Shown: piece after piece, positions 35,704-43,674 of the stretch
How the letters are laid out: each line of letters opens with the position of its first letter
Position numbering within the stretch: position 1 is the first letter of the stretch
Assembly (NCBI GenBank): GCA_045637265.1
Contig: JAZTZC010000130.1
Coordinates: 1-50,857 of the forward strand
Source: Eubacteriales bacterium
Lineage (GTDB): Bacteria > Bacillota > Clostridia > Oscillospirales > CAG-272
Direction of reading: 5' to 3'
DNA length: 50,857 nucleotides
Position numbers and translations under genes: made by a program
The notes under the pieces: generated by a model
Told to the model about the DNA's origin: nothing
The model's input: only the letters and a program-made list of their open reading frames with translations
Database searches by the model: none

Positions 35704-36615
35704 ATGGCAAAAAAGCAATCACTCGGACGCGGTCTGGGTTCGCTCTTTTTGGAAAACGATGAGCCGGATACCGGTTCGGTTTCCATGCTCCGTGTTTCCG
35801 ATATCGAGCCAAACCCGCTCCAGCCGAGAAAAACATTTGACAATGAAGCACTGGCACAGCTTGCCGACTCCATTTCCCGTCACGGACTTCTGCAGCCGAT
35901 TGCAGTGCGTTCAAACGAGAGCGGCTTCTACCGCATCATCGCAGGTGAACGCCGTTGGCGTGCCGCAAAAATGGCAGGTCTGATTGAGCTTCCCGCAATC
36001 ATCTATGATATGGATGACAAAAAAGCGGCAGAGCTTGCGCTGATCGAAAACTTGCAGCGCGAAGACTTAAACCCCATCGAAGAAGCGCTGGCATTCCGCT
36101 CCCTCATCAACGATTATGACATGACGCAGGAGGAGTGTGCCGGCCAGATCGGCAAGAGCCGTTCCGCTGTCGCAAATTCCCTCCGTCTGCTTGATCTTCC
36201 CGAGTCCGTCGTTGCGATGGTCGCAGGCGGTGATCTCTCCGCAGGTCATGCACGCGCCATTCTTTCTCTGATCAAAGAGGAGGATAAGATTTCACTTGCC
36301 AACAGGATTGTGGAAAAATCCATGTCCGTGCGCGAAGCAGAAGCAGCCGCAAAGGCACTCAATGAGCTTGCCCGCGCCGAGGCACAGGCAGCAGAGAAAA
36401 CACCGTCCGTCGACGATCACGCCGCAAAAATGGCACAGAGCTATCTGCGTTCTCTTGAACAGCGCGTGACAGAAAACCTCGGACGCAAATTCCGTATCCT
36501 TGACGCACAGGACGGAAAGCAGAAAAAGATTGAAATCGCCTACGAAAACAGCGAAGACCTTGAAGCACTGCTCAAGCTGCTCTGCGGCGATGCATTTTTT
36601 GAAAACAATATCTGA
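35704..36615 (+). CDS. parB: chromosome partitioning protein ParB/Spo0J
   Basis: 303 aa. LGRGLGSLF, IEPNPLQPRK, IIAGERRWRAA (CTP-binding arginine patch), HTH TQEECAGQIGKSRSAVANSLRLLDL. Confidence 0.9.
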   Translation: MAKKQSLGRGLGSLFLENDEPDTGSVSMLRVSDIEPNPLQPRKTFDNEALAQLADSISRHGLLQPIAVRSNESGFYRIIAGERRWRAAKMAGLIELPAIIYDMDDKKAAELALIENLQREDLNPIEEALAFRSLINDYDMTQEECAGQIGKSRSAVANSLRLLDLPESVVAMVAGGDLSAGHARAILSLIKEEDKISLANRIVEKSMSVREAEAAAKALNELARAEAQAAEKTPSVDDHAAKMAQSYLRSLEQRVTENLGRKFRILDAQDGKQKKIEIAYENSEDLEALLKLLCGDAFFENNI

Positions 36616-36660
36616 TACCAACAGAAATACTGATAGAAACACAAAGAAAGGGATCACATC

Positions 36661-37956
36661 ATGATCGATATTCGCTTTTTAAGAGAAAACCCCGAAATTG
36701 TCAAACAGAACATCCGCAATAAGTTCCAGGATCACAAGCTGCCGCTGGTCGATGAAGTCATCGCGCTCGATGAAGAGCTCCGTGCTGCCATCAAGGAAGC
36801 AAACGACCTCCGTGCATCCCGCAATGCGCTGTCCAAGCAGATCGGTATGCTGATGGGTCAGGCAAAGAAGGATCCGTCCAAGGCTGAAGAAGCAGAAGCT
36901 GTCAAAGCACAGGTCAAGGCCAATGCTGACCGTCTGGCTGAACTGGAAACAAAGGAAGAAGAACTGTCCGAGAAGATCCGCTCCATCATGATGGTCATCC
37001 CGAACATCATCGATCCTTCTGTTCCGATCGGTCCCGACGACTCCGCAAACGTCGAGCTGGAACGCTTCGGCGAACCCGTTACCCCCGATTTTGAAATCCC
37101 CTACCACACAGAAATCATGGAAAAGTTCAACGGCATCGACATGGACGCCGCAGGACGCGTTTCCGGCAACGGCTTCTACTATCTGATGGGCGATATCGCA
37201 CGTCTGCATGAAGCAGTTCTCGCATACGCACGTGACTTCATGATTGAAAAGGGCTTCATCTTCTGCATCCCGCCCTTCATGATCCACGGCAATGTTGTTG
37301 AAGGCGTTATGAGCCAGACCGATATGGATGCCATGATGTACAAGATCGAAGGCGAAGACCTGTACCTCATCGGTACCTCCGAGCACTCCATGATCGGTAA
37401 GTACATCGACCAGATCATCGCAGAAGACACCCTTCCCCATACGCTGACCTCCTACTCTCCCTGCTTCCGTAAGGAAAAGGGCGCACACGGCATCGAGGAA
37501 CGCGGCGTTTACCGTATCCACCAGTTCGAAAAGCAGGAAATGATCGTCATCTGCCGTCCCGAGGACTCCATGGACTGGTACGAAAAGATGTGGAAATATT
37601 CCGTTGAACTGTTCCGCTCCCTCGACATTCCCGTCAGACAGCTGGAATGCTGCTCCGGTGACCTCGCTGACCTGAAGGTCAAGTCCTGTGACATCGAAGC
37701 ATGGAGCCCCAGACAGCAGAAGTATTTCGAAGTTTGCTCCTGCACCAACATGGGTGACGCACAGGCTCGCAGACTGAAGATGCGCGTCAAGGGCGCTGAC
37801 GGCAAGATGTACCTGCCGCACACCCTCAACAATACCGTTGTCGCACCGCCCCGTATGCTGATCGCATTCCTTGAAAACAATCTGCAGGCAGACGGCACCG
37901 TCAAGATTCCCGAAGCGCTCCGTCCCTACATGGGCGGCAAGGAACTGCTCAAATAA
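36661..37956 (+). CDS. serS: serine--tRNA ligase
   Basis: 431 aa. N-terminal coiled-coil arm MIDIRFLRENPEIVKQNI. Class II motifs CFRKEKGAHG and TLNNTVVAPPRMLIAFLEN. Confidence 0.92.
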   Translation: MIDIRFLRENPEIVKQNIRNKFQDHKLPLVDEVIALDEELRAAIKEANDLRASRNALSKQIGMLMGQAKKDPSKAEEAEAVKAQVKANADRLAELETKEEELSEKIRSIMMVIPNIIDPSVPIGPDDSANVELERFGEPVTPDFEIPYHTEIMEKFNGIDMDAAGRVSGNGFYYLMGDIARLHEAVLAYARDFMIEKGFIFCIPPFMIHGNVVEGVMSQTDMDAMMYKIEGEDLYLIGTSEHSMIGKYIDQIIAEDTLPHTLTSYSPCFRKEKGAHGIEERGVYRIHQFEKQEMIVICRPEDSMDWYEKMWKYSVELFRSLDIPVRQLECCSGDLADLKVKSCDIEAWSPRQQKYFEVCSCTNMGDAQARRLKMRVKGADGKMYLPHTLNNTVVAPPRMLIAFLENNLQADGTVKIPEALRPYMGGKELLK

Positions 37957-37996
37957 GACCCTACCGACCACATAACACATTAAAGGAGCTTCGACT

Positions 37997-38506
37997 ATGG
38001 ATCTGATTCTTGATCTCTTTACGGACACACAGCTGGGCTCTCTGAATCTCATCATCTTCGCACTGTTTGTCGGCGCATGTCTTGCCGGCTTTGCAACGGT
38101 ATACCATCGCCGTACCATCGGTGCGCTCGTCCGCTATCTTCTGGAAAACGAGGCATTTTCCCCGGAAAGTGCCAAAACACTGAGAGAGGCCGAACAGGAT
38201 CTCAATATCTTCGTCCGCATGAACATTACACGCAATGTCGCATTCCAGCGCATTGTGTGTATGGTGGATGTGCCGAAAACAGACGAGAACGGAAAAAAGA
38301 TTACGCTTTCCGACATTCCGTTGTATATTAACCCCAAGGAGCGTTTGCGCGCCGAAGAAATGTACTCGGCAAAAACCTCAGAGGATGCCAACATGTGGAT
38401 GGTTCTGCTGTCCATTCTCGTCTTTGCCGTCGTTGCGTACATCTCTTCGTTCATCGTTCCGGATCTGATTTCCATGGCATCCGGGCTCTTCTCGAAATTT
38501 TCATAA
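37997..38506 (+). CDS. hypothetical membrane protein
   Basis: 169 aa. TM helices near both termini (LNLIIFALFVGACLAGFATV; MWMVLLSILVFAVVAYISSFIV). AAAGGAG RBS. No family recognised. Confidence 0.5.
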   Translation: MDLILDLFTDTQLGSLNLIIFALFVGACLAGFATVYHRRTIGALVRYLLENEAFSPESAKTLREAEQDLNIFVRMNITRNVAFQRIVCMVDVPKTDENGKKITLSDIPLYINPKERLRAEEMYSAKTSEDANMWMVLLSILVFAVVAYISSFIVPDLISMASGLFSKFS

Positions 38507-38562
38507 TCTGATCATTCTCAAAGAAAGGAAACATTCGCCCATCGAATGTTACGGTTATATCC

Positions 38563-39468
38563 ATGGCCGCATCTTATGAAATGGAACTTCCGGAAGACGG
38601 TGTACCGATGACACCGCGGCGGAAGCGTCCCAAAAAGCACCTCAGCACCGCACAGATTCTACTGATCACCCTGATCGCGGCCATCATCTGCGTCGTTCTG
38701 GTCTTTGCGGCAATCTATGCATCCGGACTGCGGTATATCAAGCTGAATACGGAAATCGGCGGTTACGTCAAATTTTTCGGTACCGTCGACAGTGAAGGAA
38801 CTCCTTACAAGGGCGAGCTTTACTATTCCGACGGCACTACCGCAACGGTTGATATGCTCAATAACAAAGTTATCTTCTCCAACGGCGATGTCTATATCGG
38901 TTCTCTCAATGCCTCCCTGCGTATGGACGGAATCGGCAGACTGGAATATAATACCGGCGACGTATATGAAGGCTCCTTTGAAGACGGTGTGATTTCCGGC
39001 GAAGGAACATTCACATATGCAAACGGTGATACCTATGTCGGTATGTTTGCAAATGGCATGAAGAACGGCAGCGGTGTCTATACATGGTTTGACAAAAGCA
39101 CGTATACCGGCGATTTTGTCAATGACAAAAAGGATGGTTGGGGCGTGTATCTGTGGAGCGACGGCTCTTCCTACACGGGTGAGTACAAGAACGAGCTCAA
39201 AGAAGGAACGGGGACCTATCGCTTTGCCAACGGCGACGTATATTCCGGTACGTTTGTTGCAGATGCCAGAACCGGTCACGGTACCTATACCTGGGCAAAC
39301 GGCGATGAATATATCGGCAATTTTGAAGACAACGAAATGAACGGAACGGGCACCTACCGTTTCGCGTCCGGCAGAACCTTTGAAGGCCGCTTCGAAGACG
39401 GTGTTCTCGTCCGTGATCTCGGTACGGAAAGCGAAGAAACCGATGCAGCGGACGCATCCGCCGGCTGA
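38563..39468 (+). CDS. MORN-repeat membrane-anchored protein
   Basis: 301 aa. N-terminal TM helix (ILLITLIAAIICVVLVFAAIYA), then about 8-9 tandem 23-aa MORN-type repeats (YxGxxxxGxxxGxGxxxxxxG, e.g. YSGTFVADARTGHGTYTWANGDEYIGNFEDNEMNGTGTYRF). Confidence 0.75.
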   Translation: MAASYEMELPEDGVPMTPRRKRPKKHLSTAQILLITLIAAIICVVLVFAAIYASGLRYIKLNTEIGGYVKFFGTVDSEGTPYKGELYYSDGTTATVDMLNNKVIFSNGDVYIGSLNASLRMDGIGRLEYNTGDVYEGSFEDGVISGEGTFTYANGDTYVGMFANGMKNGSGVYTWFDKSTYTGDFVNDKKDGWGVYLWSDGSSYTGEYKNELKEGTGTYRFANGDVYSGTFVADARTGHGTYTWANGDEYIGNFEDNEMNGTGTYRFASGRTFEGRFEDGVLVRDLGTESEETDAADASAG

Positions 39469-39513
39469 TCATGCATTGATACCCTACGCATTTCCACAAA
39501 AAAATCAATTCAA

Positions 39514-39550
39514 AGAGCAGAAAACAGATGCGTTTGTTTTCTGCTCTTTT
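39514..39550 (+). terminator. intrinsic terminator after the MORN gene
   Basis: AGAGCAGAAAACA / TGTTTTCTGCTCT stem with a short loop, followed by TTT. Confidence 0.7.
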
Positions 39551-39618
39551 GATATAATCCCCTTAGAGTAGACACTTGAAAACCAAAAAGTTCAAGACTA
39601 CACTAAGGGGGTTATTTT

Positions 39619-40131
39619 ATGCGAAAAAACAAGAAATACAGCGAGGAATTAAAGATAGCAGCCGTAAAATCTTACCTTGCGGGAGAAGGCGGTTTAAGAA
39701 TAATAAGCAAAAGATATGGAATTTCAGATCACAGTATACTCAGAGATTGGATTTTATGGTATAATGGTCATAGAGAAATAAAGCACAGCAGCACGAGAGG
39801 AGAAATCTATATGACCAAAGGAAGAAAGACAACGCAAGAAGAACGTGCAGAGATCGTAGCATTTTGTATTGAACACAACAAGGATTACGGTTTAACGGTA
39901 GAAACCTACCACGTGTCGTACCAGCAGATCTATGCATGGGTACGCAAATACGAAGAAGGCGGAGTAGACAAGCTCAAAGACAACCGCGGCAGAACAAAAC
40001 CGATCGAAGAAATGACCGAAATTGAAAAGCTCAAGGCAGAAATGAAGATACTTCAAGCCAAAAACAGACAGCTCGAAATTGAAAATGCCTTCATAAAAAA
40101 ACTACAAGAGCTGAAAGGTGGTGGTCGCTGA
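39619..40131 (+). CDS. IS3-family transposase OrfA (HTH)
   Basis: 170 aa. HTH regions (SEELKIAAVKSYLAGEGGLRIISKRYGISDHSILRDWI; TQEERAEIVAFCIEHNKDYGLTVETYHVSYQQIYAWVRKY) and a leucine-zipper-like C-terminus (IEKLKAEMKILQAKNRQLEIENAFIKKL). Confidence 0.85.
   Translation: MRKNKKYSEELKIAAVKSYLAGEGGLRIISKRYGISDHSILRDWILWYNGHREIKHSSTRGEIYMTKGRKTTQEERAEIVAFCIEHNKDYGLTVETYHVSYQQIYAWVRKYEEGGVDKLKDNRGRTKPIEEMTEIEKLKAEMKILQAKNRQLEIENAFIKKLQELKGGGR
40095..40101 (+). promoter_or_regulatory. programmed -1 ribosomal frameshift site (A AAA AAA)
   Basis: The A7 run is read as A-AAA-AAA in the orfA frame (..ATA AAA AAA CTA..), 30 nt before the orfA stop. orfB lies in the -1 frame. This is the canonical IS3-family arrangement that produces the OrfAB transposase. 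Confidence 0.6.
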
Positions 40132-40136
40132 CCGGA

Positions 40137-41033
40137 GTGCGACAGGAGCACATCTACATAGCCATTGAATTTCTGAATACGCACATGGGTTATTCCATTA
40201 AGGAAATGTGCATTGCGTTGAAGTTAAATAGATCTTCTTACTATAAGTGGAAGAACAGGAAGCAAAGCAAGAGCGAGCTTTTGAACAACCGTATCACAGA
40301 ATATGTAAAGGATTTCTATGAGGAAAGCAACGGGGTTCTCGGTTACAGACAGATGAGTATCACCATTAACCGGGAAAAGACAGAAGAGCTTCCTCACAGA
40401 ATCAATGTCAAGAGAGTTCGCCGCATCATGCGTATACTCGGTCTGAAATCCGTCATCCGCAAGAAACGCCCGGATTATATCAAATCCACGCCGGAAATTA
40501 CTGCCGAAAATATTCTGAACAGAGATTTCAAAGCAGCTGTTCCGTTTGAAAAATGGCTTACCGACGTTACAGAATTTAAGTATTATGTTGGTCCCGAAGT
40601 GAAAAAGCTATATCTTTCCGCAATCCTTGATCTATATGATAGACGTATTATTGCATACAAGATCGGTGACAGCAACAACAATGAATTGGTTTTTAGCACC
40701 TTTGATGAAGCAAGAAGTCTTTATCCAGATGCAAAACCAATCTTTCATAGCGACAGAGGATTTCAGTACACAAACAAGGGGTTTCACCAAAAAATTATTG
40801 ATGCGGGCATGATTCAAAGTATGTCGCGTATCGGAAGATGCCTTGACAATGCTCCGATGGAGGGCTGGTGGGGCATCTTAAAATCCGAAATGTACTATCT
40901 GAAAAAGTTTACGAGCCGCGAATCTCTTGTTTCCGATATTGAAGATTACATACACTTTTATAACACTCGCCGTTACCAAAAGCGTCTTAATTGTATGACA
41001 CCATGTGAATATTACTTCGCCACCGCCGCATGA
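40137..41033 (+). CDS. IS3-family transposase OrfB (DDE integrase core; made as OrfAB fusion)
   Basis: 298 aa. DDE motifs WLTDVTEF, IFHSDRGFQYT and NAPMEGWWGILKSE. A perfect GC-rich palindrome, TCTCCCCCTGCTGCGCAGCAGGGGGAGA (41040..41067), follows the stop. Confidence 0.85.
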   Translation: MRQEHIYIAIEFLNTHMGYSIKEMCIALKLNRSSYYKWKNRKQSKSELLNNRITEYVKDFYEESNGVLGYRQMSITINREKTEELPHRINVKRVRRIMRILGLKSVIRKKRPDYIKSTPEITAENILNRDFKAAVPFEKWLTDVTEFKYYVGPEVKKLYLSAILDLYDRRIIAYKIGDSNNNELVFSTFDEARSLYPDAKPIFHSDRGFQYTNKGFHQKIIDAGMIQSMSRIGRCLDNAPMEGWWGILKSEMYYLKKFTSRESLVSDIEDYIHFYNTRRYQKRLNCMTPCEYYFATAA

Positions 41034-41252
41034 CGAAAATCTCCCCCTGCTGCGCAGCAGGGGGAGATGAAAGAATCTATTCATTTTGTAAATTCTTTTT
41101 TGTTTTTTAGTCTGTCTACTTGACAGGGGGCACATTATTTTTTCCACAGGTTGTGGGTTTTGTTGTTTTGGGCAGTCATCATATAAAATAAGTTTTAACA
41201 GAAGAATCGAACACACTCTGTTAAAATTTACACTTTATTCACAATTTTATTG

Positions 41253-41314
41253 GAACATTGGTTTGCATTTCAAGAAAATTTGTGATATAATAGTATCATA
41301 AAGAAAATTTGTTT
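41253..41314 (+). promoter_or_regulatory. lexA promoter with two SOS-box candidates
   Basis: GAACATTGGTTT (41253..41264) overlaps the -35 TTGCAT (41263..41268). 17 nt then lead to TGaTATAAT (TATAAT 41286..41291). A second box, GAAAATTTGTTT (41303..41314), lies downstream. Both boxes are followed by GCAT. They fit the GAAC-N4-GTT(T/C) pattern of Firmicutes LexA operators. Confidence 0.55.
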
Positions 41315-41366
41315 GCATATCACACCCAACATCCGAAAAAATTTCCAACAACAAAGGAGTACAGTT

Positions 41367-41972
41367 ATGGAAAAACTCACCCCGAAAGAACAACTTGTTT
41401 ATGATTACATCGTCGATACCATCCGCCGCGAAGGTTATTCCCCCTCCGTCCGCGATATCGCGTCTGCTGTCGACATGAAGAGCACCTCCACCGTCCACCA
41501 TTACATCGGCAGACTGGAAGCAAAGGGCTATATTCAGAAGGAATCCGGGAAATCCAGAACCCTGCGTATTGAAAAAGCGGAAAACGATACCGCAGATCAT
41601 ATCCCGGTTCTCGGTCGCGTTGCTGCAGGTCAGCCGATTCTCGCTACCGAAAACTTTGAGGGTTATGTCGATTACCACGTCAACAAGAGACGCTACAACA
41701 TCGACAATCTGTTCGCTCTCATCATCAAGGGCGAAAGCATGATCGAAGCCGGCATCATGAACGGCGATACCGTTATCGTTGAACGCACCTCCTACGCACG
41801 CAACGGAGACATCGTGATCGCACTCGTCGGTGATGAAGCAACCTGCAAGGAATTCTACAAAGAAGAGGGACATTACCGCCTGCAGCCGCGCAACAGCTCG
41901 ATGGATCCGATCCTCGTCGAAGAGGTTATCCTGCTTGGCAAAGTCATCTCCTGCTACAGAAATTACAACTGA
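41367..41972 (+). CDS. lexA: SOS repressor LexA
   Basis: Homology starts at Met 41367, after an AAAGGAG RBS: MEKLTPKEQLVYDYIVDTIRREGYSPSVRDIA. Ala-Gly cleavage site VAAGQP. Ser/Lys dyad contexts IKGESM and GDEATCKEF. 201 aa. Confidence 0.9.
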   Translation: MEKLTPKEQLVYDYIVDTIRREGYSPSVRDIASAVDMKSTSTVHHYIGRLEAKGYIQKESGKSRTLRIEKAENDTADHIPVLGRVAAGQPILATENFEGYVDYHVNKRRYNIDNLFALIIKGESMIEAGIMNGDTVIVERTSYARNGDIVIALVGDEATCKEFYKEEGHYRLQPRNSSMDPILVEEVILLGKVISCYRNYN

Positions 41973-41988
41973 TTTCAGACAGTAACAT

Positions 41989-42034
41989 ATGCCGTGAAAA
42001 TGCCTTCAAACAGGGTGTTTTTACGGCATTTTTT
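41989..42034 (+). terminator. intrinsic terminator after lexA
   Basis: ATGCCGTGAAAA (41989..42000) pairs with TTTTTACGGCAT (42018..42029), including one G-U pair. Followed by T5. Confidence 0.7.
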
Positions 42035-42069
42035 GTCTTCTTTTTTGTGCGATTATTTTGCAAAATTCC

Positions 42070-42098
42070 TTGAAAAAAACGCGCATTTGTGGTATAAT
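42070..42098 (+). promoter_or_regulatory. SigA-type promoter of dnaA
   Basis: TTGAAA (42070..42075), 17 nt, TATAAT (42093..42098) preceded by TGtgg. An AAAGGAG RBS precedes ATG 42148. Confidence 0.5.
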
Positions 42099-42147
42099 AT
42101 ATGATAGGTATATATATAATTAAGAAGTCAACAAAAGGAGTTGTCAC

Positions 42148-43674
42148 ATGCAGGAGTTTCACGATATCTGGGAGCCGATACTGCAGGCGCTCGCAGAACA
42201 TGTCAATTCATCTACGATCATGAAGCTGTGGTTCAACCCGCTGCAGCTCGCGGCATTCAGCGATACCACCGCAGTCATCATCGCAGAAAGCAATCTGAAA
42301 AAGAACATCATCATCAACCGTCATAAGCAGATTCTCACAGAAACCTTTGAAAGCACACTGGGATTCCCGGTCGATATCTGTATTCTCGCCGATGATCCCG
42401 AAAAAATCGACCGTGAGGCACTCCAGCATGATGTCAAGATCGGTTTCACGGCAGATATGCTGACCGCAAAATATTCCGTTGAGCAGGATACGGTCCCGCA
42501 GGAAGGTGTATCGGAAGCAGCTCCCGTGCACACTGAGCAGCCCGCACAGCCTGTACCCGCAGCATCAAATACTCCCGTGGTACAGCAGACGGAATCCACG
42601 CCGGAGCCTGCATATGCAAAGCCGAGCACACCCCAGCCGCCAGCACAGACAGAACTGTTCCAGAACAGCGATTATACCTTTGAGAACTTCATCGTCGGCA
42701 GCTCCAACAAGTTCGCGCATGCAGCCTGCATCGCGGTCGCCAATGCACCGGCTACCGCCTATAACCCCCTGTTTATCCACGGTCCGTCCGGACTTGGAAA
42801 AACGCATCTTCTGTATGCCATTACCAACCGTATCCGCGAAAAGCGTCCTGACGCGAATATCGTTTACGTCAAGGGCGAAACATTCACCAATCAGCTGATC
42901 GAATCCATCTCCGATTATCAGCAGGCACAGTTCCGCGCAAAGTACCGCCAGGCAGATGTATTCCTCATCGACGACGTACAGTTCATCGCAGGCAAGCCTT
43001 CCACACAGGAAGAGTTCTTCAATACGTTCAACGAGCTGTATGAAGCAAAGAAGCAGATCATTCTGACCTCTGACCGTCCGCCCAAGGAAATCAAGACGCT
43101 GGAGGACAGACTCAAGACCCGTTTCGAATGGGGTCTGATCGCCGATATCCAGCCGCCAGATTTAGAGCTCCGTATTGCGATCTTGCGCAAGAAAGCGCTC
43201 GATATGGGTGTGGATATTCCGATCGACGTACTCAACTTCCTCGGTGAGCATCTCAAAAGCAACATCCGCCAGATTGAAGGTGTCATCCGCCGTCTCGGTG
43301 CGTATTCCAATCTGACCAAGCGTCCGATCACCATTGAAATGGCAAGAGAAAACATTTCCGATGTCATTTCCGGTCAGGAACCGGTCAAGGTCACACAGGA
43401 CAAGATCTTCCATGCGGTCGCACGGAAGTACGGCGTTACCGTCGAGGATATCCGCGGAAAGCGCAGAACAAGAGAAATCGCACAGGCACGCCATGTCTGT
43501 ATTTACATCATGCGTACGGTAACCGATATGTCCCTTCCCTCCATCGGCCGCGTATTTAACCGTGATCATTCCACGATTCTGTCCTCCATTGACACCATTC
43601 AGGAAAAAATCCGAGAGGATGCATCCCTGGAAAACGACATCGACGATCTGATCAAGGAAATCACCAACCAGTAA
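42148..43674 (+). CDS. dnaA: chromosomal replication initiator DnaA
   Basis: 508 aa. Domain I N-terminus, a long Pro/Gln-rich linker (about aa 115-175), AAA+ motifs FIHGPSGLGKTHLL and FLIDDVQF. C-terminal DNA-binding domain: IAQARHVCIYIMR ... NRDHSTILSS. Confidence 0.93.
   Translation: MQEFHDIWEPILQALAEHVNSSTIMKLWFNPLQLAAFSDTTAVIIAESNLKKNIIINRHKQILTETFESTLGFPVDICILADDPEKIDREALQHDVKIGFTADMLTAKYSVEQDTVPQEGVSEAAPVHTEQPAQPVPAASNTPVVQQTESTPEPAYAKPSTPQPPAQTELFQNSDYTFENFIVGSSNKFAHAACIAVANAPATAYNPLFIHGPSGLGKTHLLYAITNRIREKRPDANIVYVKGETFTNQLIESISDYQQAQFRAKYRQADVFLIDDVQFIAGKPSTQEEFFNTFNELYEAKKQIILTSDRPPKEIKTLEDRLKTRFEWGLIADIQPPDLELRIAILRKKALDMGVDIPIDVLNFLGEHLKSNIRQIEGVIRRLGAYSNLTKRPITIEMARENISDVISGQEPVKVTQDKIFHAVARKYGVTVEDIRGKRRTREIAQARHVCIYIMRTVTDMSLPSIGRVFNRDHSTILSSIDTIQEKIREDASLENDIDDLIKEITNQ

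Larger units (their letters stand above)
39559..41132 (+). mobile_element. IS3-family insertion sequence (IS150-like), apparently intact
   Basis: Two overlapping-frame ORFs (orfA, then orfB in the -1 frame) with an A7 slippery run. Imperfect terminal inverted repeats share AGTAGACA...AAAACCAAAAAG (left 39567..39590) with its reverse-complement counterpart (right about 41090..41120). The element is visibly AT-richer than its flanks. The exact ends and the target duplication were not resolved. Confidence 0.7.

Noticed and set aside
36616-36660. T-box leader expected upstream of serS.
   Set aside because: The parB-serS spacer is only 45 nt, far too short for a T-box. serS is probably co-transcribed with parAB or has a minimal promoter.
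41193-41229. CGAAC-N7-GTT and the AT-rich hairpin TTTTAACAG/CTGTTAAAA between the IS element and lexA, considered as a third SOS box or a terminator.
   Set aside because: The 7-nt spacing does not fit the LexA consensus. The stem is only 9 weak A/T-rich pairs with a 16-nt loop, so a terminator call would be speculative.
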